From Eledone cirrhosa (lineage: Eukaryota): DNA of 64,000 nt. The notes under the pieces are model-generated. The model ran no database searches. It worked only from the letters and a program-made list of their open reading frames with translations, and was not told where the DNA came from. This document shows, piece after piece, positions 15,001 through 25,737 of this stretch. The position numbers and the translations under genes are program-made. The stretch is taken from positions 18,786,001-18,850,000 of the forward strand of contig OZ024752.1 of NCBI GenBank assembly GCA_964016885.1, written 5' to 3'. Position 1 is the first letter of the stretch. Each line of letters begins with the position of its first letter.

Positions 15001-18000
15001 TAAAGTAGTCATGTAGGTGTTATAATAAAAAGTAGATAGCCCACACTGTAAAGTGGTTGTGTAGGTGTTATAATAAAAAGTGGACAGCCCACACTGTAAA
15101 GTAGTCATGTAGGTGTTATAATAAAAAGTGGACAGCCCACACAGTAAAGTAGTCATGTAGGTGTTATAATAAAAAGTGGACAGCCCACACTGTAAAGTGG
15201 TCATGTAGGTGTTATAATAAAAAGTGGACAGCCCACACTGTAAAGTGGTCATGTAGGTGTTATAATAAAAAGTGGACAGCCCACACTGTAAAGTGGTCAT
15301 GTAGGTGTTATAATAAAAAGTGGACAGCCCACACTGTAAAGTGGTCATGTAGGTGTTATAATAAAAAGTGGATAGCCCACACTGTAAAGTGGTTGTGTAG
15401 GTGTTATAATAAAAAGTGGACAGCCCACACTGTAAAGTAGTCATGTAGGTGTTATAATAAAAAGTGGACAGCCCACACTGTAAAGTAGTCATGTAGGTGT
15501 TATAATAAAAAGTGGACAGCCCACACTGTAAAGTAGTCATGTAGGTGTTATAATAAAAAGTGGATAGCCGACACTGTAAAGTAGTCATGTAGGTGTTATA
15601 ATAAAAAGTGGATAGCCCACACTGTAAAGTATTCATGTAGGTGTTATAATAAAAAGTGGATAGCCCACACTGTAAAGTAGTCATGTAGGTGTTATAATAA
15701 AAAGTGGACAGCCCACACTGTAAAGTGGTCATGTAGGTGTTATAATAAAAAGTGGATAGCCCACACTGTAAAGTGGTCATGTAGGTGTTATAATAAAAAG
15801 TGGACAGCCCACACAGTAAAGTAGTCATGTAGGTGTTATCATAAAAAGTGGATAGCCCACACTGTAAAGTAGTCATGTAGGTGTTATAATAAAAAGTGGA
15901 CAGCCCACACTGTAAAGTGGTCATGTAGGTGTTATAATAAAAAGTGGATAGCCCACACTGTAAAGTGGTCATGTAGGTGTTATAATAAAAAGTGGACAGC
16001 CCACACAGTAAAGTAGTCATGTAGGTGTTATAATGAAAAGTGGACAGCCCACACTGTAAAGTGGTCATGTAGGTGTTATAATAAAAAGTGGATAGCCCAC
16101 ACTGTAAAGTGGTTGTGTAGGTGTTATAATAAAAAGTGGACAGCCCACACAGTAAAGCAGTCATGTAGGTGTTATAATAAAAAGTGGACAGCCCACACTG
16201 TAAAGTGGTCATGTAGGTGTTATAATAAAAAGTGGACAGCCCACACAGTAAAGCAGTCATGTAGGTGTTATAATAAAAAGTGGACAGCCCACACAATAAA
16301 GTAGTCATGTAGGTGTTATAATAAAAAGTGGACAGCCCACACTGTAAAGTGGTTGTGTAGTTGTTATAATAAAAAGTGGACAGCCCACACATTAAACTAG
16401 TCATGTAGGTGTTATAATAAAAAGTGGACAGCCCACACTGTAAAGTAGTCATGTAGGTGTTATAATAAAAAGTGGACAGCCCACACATTAAACTAGTCAT
16501 GTAGGTGTTATAATAAAAATGGACAGCCCACACTGTAAAGTGGTTGTGTAGGTGTTATAATAAAAAGTGGCCAGCCCACACAGTAAATTAGTCATGTAGG
16601 TGTTATAATAAAAAGTGGACAGCCCACTGTAAAGTAGTCATGTATGTGTTATAATAAAAAGTGGACAGCCCACACTGTAAATTAGTCATGTAGGTGTTAT
16701 AATAAAAAGTGGACAGCCCACACTGTAAAGTAGTCATGTAGGTGTTATAATAAAAAGTGGACAGTCCACACTGTAAATTAGTCATGTAGGTGTTATAATA
16801 AAAAGTGGACAGTCCACACTGTAAAGTGGTGATGTAGCTGTTATAATAAAAAGTGGACAGCCCACACAGTAAAGTAGTCATGTAGGTGTTATAATAAAAA
16901 GTGGACAGCCCACACTGTAAAGTGGTCATGTAGGTGTTATAATAAAAAGTGGACAGCCCACACTGTAAAGTAATCATGTAGGTGTTATAATAAAAAGTGG
17001 ACAGCCCACACTGTAAAGTGGTCATGTAGGTGTTATAATAAAAAGTGGACAGCCCACACTGTAAAGTAGTCATGTAGGTGTTATAATAAAAAGTGGACAG
17101 CCCACACTGTAAAGTAGTCACCTAGGTGTTATAATAAAAAGTGGACAGCCCACACTGTAAAGTAGTCATGTAGGTGTTACAATAAAAAGTGGACAGCCCA
17201 CACTGTAAAGTGGTCATGTAGGTGTTATAATAAAAAGTAGATAGCCCACACTGTAAAGTGGTTGTGTAGGTGTTATAATAAAAAGTGGACAGCCCACACT
17301 GTAAAGTAGTCATGTAGGTGTTATAATAAAAAGTGGACAGCCCACACAGTAAAGTAGTCATGTAGGTGTTATAATAAAAAGTGGACAGCCCACACTGTAA
17401 AGTGGTCATGTAGGTGTTATAATAAAAAGTGGACAGCCCACACTGTAAAGTGGTCATGTAGGTGTTATAATAAAAAGTGGACAGCCCACACTGTAAAGTG
17501 GTCATGTAGGTGTTATAATAAAAAGTGGACAGCCCACACTGTAAAGTGGTCATGTAGGTGTTATAATAAAAAGTGGATAGCCCACACTGTAAAGTGGTTG
17601 TGTAGGTGTTATAATAAAAAGTGGACAGCCCACACTGTAAAGTAGTCATGTAGGTGTTATAATAAAAAGTGGACAGCCCACACTGTAAAGTAGTCATGTA
17701 GGTGTTATAATAAAAAGTGGACAGCCCACACTGTAAAGTAGTCATGTAGGTGTTATAATAAAAAGTGGATAGCCGACACTGTAAAGTAGTCATGTAGGTG
17801 TTATAATAAAAAGTGGATAGCCCACACTGTAAAGTATTCATGTAGGTGTTATAATAAAAAGTGGATAGCCCACACTGTAAAGTAGTCATGTAGGTGTTAT
17901 AATAAAAAGTGGACAGCCCACACTGTAAAGTGGTCATGTAGGTGTTATAATAAAAAGTGGATAGCCCACACTGTAAAGTGATCATGTAGGTGTTATAATA

Positions 18001-20620
18001 AAAAGTGGACAGCCCACACAGTAAAGTAGTCATGTAGGTGTTATAATAAAAAGTGGATAGCCCACACTGTAAAGTAGTCATGTAGGTGTTATAATAAAAA
18101 GTGGACAGCCCACACTGTAAAGTGGTCATGTAGGTGTTATAATAAAAAGTGGATAGCCCACACTGTAAAGTGGTCATGTAGGTGTTATAATAAAAAGTGG
18201 ACAGCCCACACAGTAAAGTAGTCATGTAGGTGTTATAATAAAAAGTGGACAGCCCACACTGTAAAGTGGTCATGTAGGTGTTATAATAAAAAGTGGATAG
18301 CCCACACTGTAAAGTGGTTGTGTAGGTGTTATAATAAAAAGTGGACAGCCCACACAGTAAAGCAGTCATGTAGGTGTTATAATAAAAAGTGGACAGCCCA
18401 CACTGTAAAGTGGTCATGTAGGTGTTATAATAAAAAGTGGACAGCCCACACAGTAAAGCAGTCATGTAGGTGTTATAATAAAAAGTGGACAGCCCACACA
18501 ATAAAGTAGTCATGTAGGTGTTATAATAAAAAGTGGACAGCCCACACTGTAAAGTGGTTGTGTAGTTGTTATAATAAAAAGTGGACAGCCCACACATTAA
18601 ACTAGTCATGTAGGTGTTATAATAAAAAGTGGACAGCCCACACTGGAAAGTAGTCATGTAGGTGTTATAATAAAAAGTGGACAGCCCACACATTAAACTA
18701 GTCATGTAGGTGTTATAATAAAAATGGACAGCCCACACTGTAAAGTGGTTGTGTAGGTGTTATAATAAAAAGTGGCCAGCCCACACAGTAAATTAGTCAT
18801 GTAGGTGTTATAATAAAAAGTGGACAGCCCACTGTAAAGTAGTCATGTAGGTGTTATAATAAAAAGTGGACAGCCCACACTGTAAATTAGTCACGTAGGT
18901 GTTATAATAAAAAGTGGACAGCCCACACTGTAAAGTAGTCATGTAGGTGTTATAATAAAAAGTGGACAGTCCACACTGTAAATTAGTCATGTAGGTGTTA
19001 TAATAAAAAGTGGACAGTCCACACTGTAAAGTGGTGATGTAGCTGTTATAATAAAAAGTGGACAGCCCACACAGTAAAGTAGTCATGTAGGTGTTATAAT
19101 AAAAAGTGGACAGCCCACACTGTAAAGTGGTCATGTAGGTGTTATAATAAAAAGTGGACAGCCCACACTGTAAAGTAATCATGTAGGTGTTATAATAAAA
19201 AGTGGACAGCCCACACTGTAAAGTGGTCATGTAGGTGTTATAATAAAAAGTGGACAGCCCACACTGTAAAGTAGTCATGTAGGTGTTATAATAAAAAGTG
19301 GACAGCCCACACTGTAAAGTAGTCACCTAGGTGTTATAATAAAAAGTGGACAGCCCACACTGTAAAGTAGTCATGTAGGTGTTACAATAAAAAGTGGACA
19401 GCCCACACTGTAAAGTGGTCATGTAGGTGTTATAATAAAAAGTGGACAGCCCACACTGTAAAGTAGTCATGTAGGTGTTATAATAAAAAGTGGACAGCCC
19501 ACACTGTAAAGTAGTCATGTAGGTGTTATAATAAAAAGTGGACAGTCCACACTGTAAAGTGGTCATGTAGGTGTTATAATAAAAAGTGGACAGTCCACAC
19601 TGTAAAGTGGTCATGTAGGTGTTATAATAAAAAGTGGACAGCCCACACTGTAAAGTGGTTGTGTAGGTGTTATAATAAAAAGTGGATAGCCCACACTGTA
19701 AAGTGGTTGTGTAGGTGTTATAATAAAAAGTGTCCAGCCCACACTCTAAAGTGGTCATGTAGGTGTTATAATAAAAAGTGGACAGTCCACACTGTAAAGT
19801 GGTCATGTAGGTGTTATAATAAAAAGTGGACACTCCACACTGTAAAGTGGTCATGTAGGTGTTATAATAAAAAGTGGACAGTCCACACTGTAAAGTAGTC
19901 ATGTAGGTGTTATAATAAAAAGTGGACAGTCCACACTGTAAAGTAGTCATGTAGATGTTATAATAAAAAGTGGACAGCCCACACTGTAAAGTGGTCATGT
20001 AGGTGTTATAATAAAAAGTGTCCAGCCCACACTGTAAAGTGGTCATGTAGGTGTTATAATAAAAAGTGGACAGTCCACACTGTAAAGTGGTCATGTAGGT
20101 GTTATAATAAAAAGTGGACAGTCCACACTGTAAAGTAGTCATGTAGGTGTTATAATAAAAAGTGGACAGTCCACACTGTAAAGTAGTCATGTAGATGTTA
20201 TAATAAAAAGTGGACAGCCCACACTGTAAAGTGGTCATGTAGGTGTTATAATAAAAAGTGGATAGCCCACACTGTAAAGTGGTCATGTAGGTGTTATAAT
20301 AAAAAGTGGACAGTCCACACTGTAAAGTGGTCATGTAGGTGTTATAATAAAAAGTGGACAGTCCACACTGTAAAGTAGTCATGTAGATGTTATAATAAAA
20401 AGTGGACAGCCCACACTGTAAAGTGGTCATGTAGGTGTTATAATAAAAAGTGGACAGTCCACACTGTAAAGTGGTCATGTAGGTGTTATTATAAAAAGTG
20501 GACAGCCCACACTGTAAAGTAGTCATGTAGATGTTATAATAAAAAGTGGACAGCCCACACTGTAAAGTGGTCATGTAGGTGTTATAATAAAAAGCGCCCA
20601 GCCCACACAGTAACGTGGTT
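1..20620. repeat. 48-bp tandem satellite/minisatellite array, about 430 units, open at the left window edge
   Basis: Unit GTAGGTGTTATAATAAAAAGTGGACAGCCCACACTGTAAAGTRGTCAT repeated continuously with few substitutions and rare indels (about 11048, 16519, 16626, 18724, 18830). Confidence 0.99.
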
Positions 20621-20826
20621 GTGTAGGTGTCACAACAAAAAACGCCCAGTACTCACTGTAAATGTGGTTGGCATTAGGAAGGGCATCCAGCTGTAGAAAC
20701 CAAGCCCAAACCAGTTCCGTATGAGCAAGATATGGTCATCTGACTTGGTTTCTTTCACAATGGGACAACTTGTCTAACCTATGCTAGCATGGAAAAATGG
20801 ACGTTAAACAGTGATGATGATGATAC
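20620..20826 (+). mobile_element. 3' UTR/terminus of RTE-clade LINE, contiguous with the 48-bp array
   Basis: CACTGTAAATGTGGTTGGCATTAGGAAGGGCATCCAGCTGTAGAAAC...ATGCTAGCATGGAAAAATGGACGTTAAACAGT(GAT)n matches the 3' end of the RTE copy at 27440-27615. Confidence 0.9.
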
Positions 20827-20869
20827 TAGCGTTCATTTGAGAAATGAAAACACAACTATGGTATGGTCC

Positions 20870-21192
20870 CGTAACTCCTGATAGAGTCGTAGGGGCGCCG
20901 TATTGATATACGGTGTTTCTTGGGTATTTTAAGCCTGGCAGAGCCCATCCCTCTCCAGACCTGAATACAGCAGATTTCTTCCAGAGGAAGATAGAGAGTG
21001 AGAGAGGAAACAAGAAAGAGATATTGAGGAAGAATCGACCTCAGTACTAGACTGGTACTTTTTTTTATCGACCTCGAAAGGATGAAAGTGAAAGTTGACC
21101 ATGGTGGGATTTGAACCCAGACAGCAGAGAGCTGGAATGAGTACCGTTAAGCATTCTAACCAACGTTCTAACGACTCTGACAATTCGCTGCC
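20870..21192 (-). mobile_element. tRNA-derived SINE
   Basis: Minus strand has a tRNA-like head with B-box GGGTTCAAATCCC, then the core CTTTCATCCTTTCGAGGTCGATAAA..AGTACCAG that recurs many times in the window. The downstream part resembles 34020-34080. Confidence 0.75.
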
Positions 21193-21661
21193 TTAAAACA
21201 CAACTAACTTTCTACAAATTCAATTAATGACAAGGAATGGTTAACCTCTATAAAAATATGTCAAAGATTCTTTCTTTGAATGAAACATTGTTGGAACATA
21301 AACATGTGTACCCCGGAAACTGTATCATCTGTCCATACCACCTACATACACATGAATACAAAAACCTTATTTTCTCTTAGCACTAACAAAAATATCTAAA
21401 TATTTTTGTTAGTGGCTGGCTCACATTTTTGTTTCTAAGGAAATTATGAATTAATTTTTTTAAAATGTGCATTGCTTTTTATCATCACTAATGCTTTAAA
21501 TATCAGCAGTGGGTTTTCTTTTTTTTTCTCTCTCTCTCCTCCTTTTTTTTTTACAAGCAATTATATTAACCCTTTGTGACCATATGTCTAATAGGAGACA
21601 CTGCCAATGATTTTCAAACCAGTTTGAAAATAATCAAGAATTTGTAGAGATTTAATAATTG

Positions 21662-21842
21662 TTTCTACTTTTGGCACAAGGCAAGCAATTATCCCAGTGT
21701 ATTACTGGTACTTTATTTTATCGACCCCGTAAGGATGAAAGGCAAAATTAACCTCGGCGGGATTTGAACTCAGAATGGCAAGGGCCGTAACTCTATGCGT
21801 CAAAGCAAGGTGTCCGACCCTCTACCGATACTGCCAATCCAC
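21662..21842 (-). mobile_element. tRNA-derived SINE, same core family
   Basis: Reverse complement contains GAGTTCAAATCCCGCCGAGGTTAATTTTGCCTTTCATCCTTACGGGGTCGATAAAATAAAGTACCAG. Confidence 0.8.
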
Positions 21843-21859
21843 CAATGAGATTTAATAAT

Positions 21860-22070
21860 GGTTTCTGATTTAGGTACAAGACAACAATTGTTTGGTGGAG
21901 AAAGTCAATTACATCGACCCCAGGACTTGACTGGTACTTTATTTTACCGACCATGGAAGGACAAATGGTAAAGTTGACTTTGGTGGGATTTGAAAGAAGA
22001 ACATAGAAAGTAGTAACTAAATACCATAAAGTATTTTGTCTGACACTAACAATATTGCTAATCCATTATC
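21860..22070 (-). mobile_element. tRNA-derived SINE, diverged copy
   Basis: Same core on minus strand (CTGGTACTTTATTTTACCGACC..GGAAGGACAAATGGTAAAGTTGAC..GGGATTTGAA). Confidence 0.7.
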
Positions 22071-22547
22071 CTCAACTAACTTTAATAACAAAGCTAACTA
22101 ACTAATAAGCTGCTGTTTGGAACATAACTTAAGAATGGTTATTGCATAAAATTATGATGGAAGGTTTTTTTTAATATAAATATAAGCACTTTAAAATAAA
22201 CAATTATGTATCGTAGAGCTAGAGTTGCCTTCAAGTCCCTATATAAATGCCATAGTATATAATATTTGTGTTTGGGTGCTAAATTGTAACTATTCAGTGT
22301 GGGTGTTGGACTCTGTCAAGGGTGTATATTGTCACCTCTTCTGTTCATGATGGACAGGATTGATATGTACAGCTGGGTTGGAAGAAGTATAAAAAAGTCT
22401 GCCTCCATCACACTCCTAGGAATGAGTGGATGATGAAGAAGAAGAAATAGAGAGTGTCACATGTGAAGTATACTATTATATATATATATATGTAAAGTGA
22501 AACGTGCAATAATCAAATACACACACTCACACACCACACATGCACAT

Positions 22548-22629
22548 ACACGGTGTCCCAAAAAATGTATACACATATTTATTAGAATGTTGTTTAAATG
22601 TGCTTACATTTTTGGGGGACATCCTGTAT
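22548..22629. mobile_element. Small Tc1/mariner-type MITE
   Basis: Imperfect TIRs CACGGTGTCCCAAAAAAATGTATACACA / TGTGCTTACATTTTTGGGGGACATCCTG flanked by TA. Confidence 0.6.
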
Positions 22630-23136
22630 ATATGAATTCATAGTCATATATCTACATATACCGTCTAACCCATGCTAGCGTGGAAGAACGGACGTAAAAC
22701 GGTGATGATGATGGTGATGATGATATATATTTGAATATATTGAAAGATGCAAACATATCTAGACATGTGAATAGATTGTTATAAAATAGTTTCAACTTTC
22801 TACTTTGAAGGTGGTGGGGTGGGAGGTGTTGGAAGGTTTTCTAGGATATATTTCTGGGTCATATGCTAGAAAGTAATTCAATAACTTTTCCAAATGAGTT
22901 GGATGATGTTAATTAGGTATACTTGAGTGTTATTTCGACACCTAAATAGAATTTAATTGCCAGGACAGACATAGTATTAAATTTACATCTTAGAAACCAC
23001 TTCAGATCATTTCTCTTGTTTAACAACTTATGTTATACGACTTTCATAATATATCTTTATAATGAATGAATATAATTGTTTCAATGTCTGAGTGGATGTG
23101 AGATCAGTTTCATGACTGGATAGTTGTTACTGTCTT

Positions 23137-23325
23137 ACCAGGGTGCTGAAAGGTTCCTGGCTTTACAGGGTATCATGAACTTTATCATGAACCTTTACAG
23201 GGGAGGTTTGGATGCTGCAATAAGTGTGTGAATCTGATAGGGGAATATGTTGAATAAAATTATAATTAACTGGTCCTCCTGTATTTTCTTTTATGCAAAG
23301 CCAGGGACTTTTCAACACCTTACTA
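23137..23325. mobile_element. mariner-type MITE
   Basis: About 25-bp TIRs AGGGTGCTGAAAGGTTCCTGGCTTT / AAAGCCAGGGACTTTTCAACACCT. Confidence 0.65.
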
Positions 23326-23387
23326 TAGGATTAGTCACCTAATATATATATATATATAATAGTATACTTCACATGTATATATATATA

Positions 23388-23416
23388 CTAGCTGCAGTAC
23401 CCGGTCATATCCGGGA
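23388..23416 (-). mobile_element. Helitron-like 3' end (hairpin plus CTAG on minus strand)
   Basis: CTAGCTGCAGTACCCGGTCATATCCGGG: CCCGG/CCGGG hairpin a few nt from a terminal CTAG next to a TA run. Confidence 0.45.
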
Positions 23417-24271
23417 AAGGTGGGGTTATTTGCAGTTCCCAGAGTGCGCCTGAAAATGCTAGCGACCCTGGGTGCCCATACTGGATTTTCAATAGCAACC
23501 ATTGCTAGGTGTGTTTATGGCAGATCAATTTTTCTTGTGGAACTATCAATAGCTGTTTAAGTCATAAGTCCTTCTTTCATTCAGAGTGAATAACCTGGGG
23601 AAATTTGAGCTCAAAAAGTATCAAACTTATTCAACACACTTTTGTATAATAATAGCAAACTTACTGCTTACTGCTCAAGAACAAACACAGAACAATTGAA
23701 GAAGTCATCACAATTATTGAAGAAATTATAACCAAGTGAACATATTCCGGTACTGTTCAAGCACCCGTATATCACCTTTTGTAAAGCCCTTCGAATGACT
23801 GAAGCAATTCAATAAAACCATCCCTTTTTCCTCCAATAGTAGACATAACCTGAGAAAACACACCATAAGTTGGATAAACAATCAGAAGTGTTAGCCCTAA
23901 AGAGGGCCTTGTAATGTTCACTGTTGCAAAGTGTCAATAATGGGGAGAAGCTACATCTTCTTAATTTGTGTTAATCTTCCCACGATCTGACGCCTCGAAA
24001 TATCTACAGAATAAACTCTACTCTCAAAGGCGTCATACTACAATTAACACGCCGAGAGTACGAATATTCATCAATATACGATTTGGGTTTTATTCTTCGG
24101 ACTAATCTCATGGTAAGCCAACTTCCAGATTATTGATCATCACACTTTTTTGTAACTTATCACCGATTCCTGCAGTTGACCTTAATGTGACCTAAGCATG
24201 TGCACATGTTCAAAATCCATATCAGTGGATGTGATATATATATATATTAATTTATTAAAATAACAGATTAA

Positions 24272-24322
24272 AGTTTAAGCAAAGAATCGCTGCTTTCACC
24301 TTTAACGGGATCTTCTGAAACT
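24272..24322 (-). ncRNA. Hammerhead-like ribozyme variant (CAGAAGA core) in a short fold-back element
   Basis: Minus: AGTTT-CAGAAGA-tcccgttaaaggt-GAAA-gca..tgc-TT-AAACT. Stems I and III pair, stem II is weak and U4 is replaced by A. Confidence 0.45.
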
Positions 24323-24540
24323 AGTTTCAGAAGTTTAATCTGTTATTTTAATAAATATTTGCTCTATGGTTTTTATATATTTTTATATATAAATTATCGT
24401 TATCAAGCCCTCTTCGGATTTTAGTCTTCCCATTTATTATTATTAGTATATATATATATATCACACACACACAGACAACTGTTCAGTCGTCAACCAAAAT
24501 TAGATTGTCGTCTGGTTTGTTTGAAATTTCTTTAAGTATA

Positions 24541-25405
24541 CTAGCAGAAAAACCACCCTTCAGGTGGTTTTCTGCTAGCATGTGTAGTGTGTATATTGAT
24601 ATTATACGCAAGTATATATGCATGTAGATATGATACATCAAATAAAATCGTAATTGACAATATACACAGAAATTGAACGAAGACTGCGTTACACTGTCTT
24701 ATGTAATCAGTAACGTAATCCATGATACATTAAAAAAGAGATATATAAACTGCATTAGAAGAAAATTAGTGACGGAAATATATGAATGTTTATTTAAGCA
24801 ATCACTAACTGGAAGTGTTGACAGTGGAAAATTTTAAAGAAGTGAATCTTAAAATAACCAACAAAATTATTTATATTTAATGGAGAATAATGAAATTTAG
24901 TAGATAAATTATGTAACATTCATTTATTATTTATTCAAAGGTTAACTTTGCCTTTCATCCTTACAGGGTCGATAAAATAAAGTACCAGTAATGTACTGGG
25001 TAATTGTTGGCCTTGTGCCAATAGTAGAAACAAATATATATTCAAAGTAATCCAACTTATTTTACAAACGGGATAAAAAATATATTCTGGACGCAGTCCC
25101 GCACTCCTTACTTCATTATAGTTTAGATTTCTAATAAGTTGTTGGCTCGTTTTGGAGGACTGAATTGTGGGAGGAGGAAGGGGAGCAGTGGGAGTAGTAT
25201 CTCCTCTTCCCTCTCTTTCACTGAAACGTCTTCTCTTTCCTCCTCCATTGTTGATTTTTATTGAAATCCAATTAGCCAGTCCTGTTTCTGAATATTAGCT
25301 TAACACGTGTGTAAAGTTTCATCAGTATCGCATCACTGGTGTAGGCGCCAACTGGTTATACACAGATACACAGACAGGCAGAAATTGTCATTTATATAGT
25401 AGATA
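24541..25405 (-). mobile_element. Putative non-autonomous Helitron
   Basis: Left end is CTAG plus the hairpin CTAGCAGAAAAACCACC/GGTGGTTTTCTGCTAG. Right end ...GTAAAGTTTCATCAG...ACAGACAG...ATATAGTAGAT reads TC- on minus and resembles 36710-36805. A SINE core is nested at about 24940-25030. Confidence 0.4.
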
Positions 25406-25519
25406 TAAATCAGGATGGATTCAGTTTGAAACTAGTAAGATCATTACTCACCAGAGTACTCAATACATGGGGTAGTAGAGTATGGTTATATTATATATAT
25501 ATACCTCACCTTGCTACCT

Positions 25520-25720
25520 ATCTCAGCTGTAGAAATGAATTGTGACCTCATTCGTGCCAAGCTGTATTAGCCCTTGTCTTTCCCTTGGACAAGATTGGTG
25601 GTATGGAGAGAGTAAACTGGTATGTATGTATCTGGTATCCAGACTTGTGCCTCAAAGGAGAACTTTATGAGTGCAAATCCCATGGTCATTTGTGACTGTA
25701 GGAGGGGGGGGGGGGGGTCA
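25520..25720 (+). mobile_element. SINE 3' portion (second family)
   Basis: CTCAGCTGTAGAAATGA motif shared with 53408-53428. The remainder resembles a cephalopod SINE body from memory, unverified. Confidence 0.45.
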
Positions 25721-25737
25721 TACCAAAAGACTGACGT

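Noticed and set aside
647-20574. Long minus-strand ORFs of (MTTLQCGLSTFYYNTY)n
   Set aside because: A 48-bp unit with one stop-free frame gives long ORFs automatically. Stops and frameshifts are propagated by duplication, there are no unique termini, and the unit derives from a LINE UTR.
1-20620. CRISPR-like array
   Set aside because: There are no unique spacers or cas genes and the context is eukaryotic. The variable positions are point variants of one unit.
21033-21192. tRNA gene
   Set aside because: The B-box is present but there is no cloverleaf, and it continues into a multi-copy SINE core.
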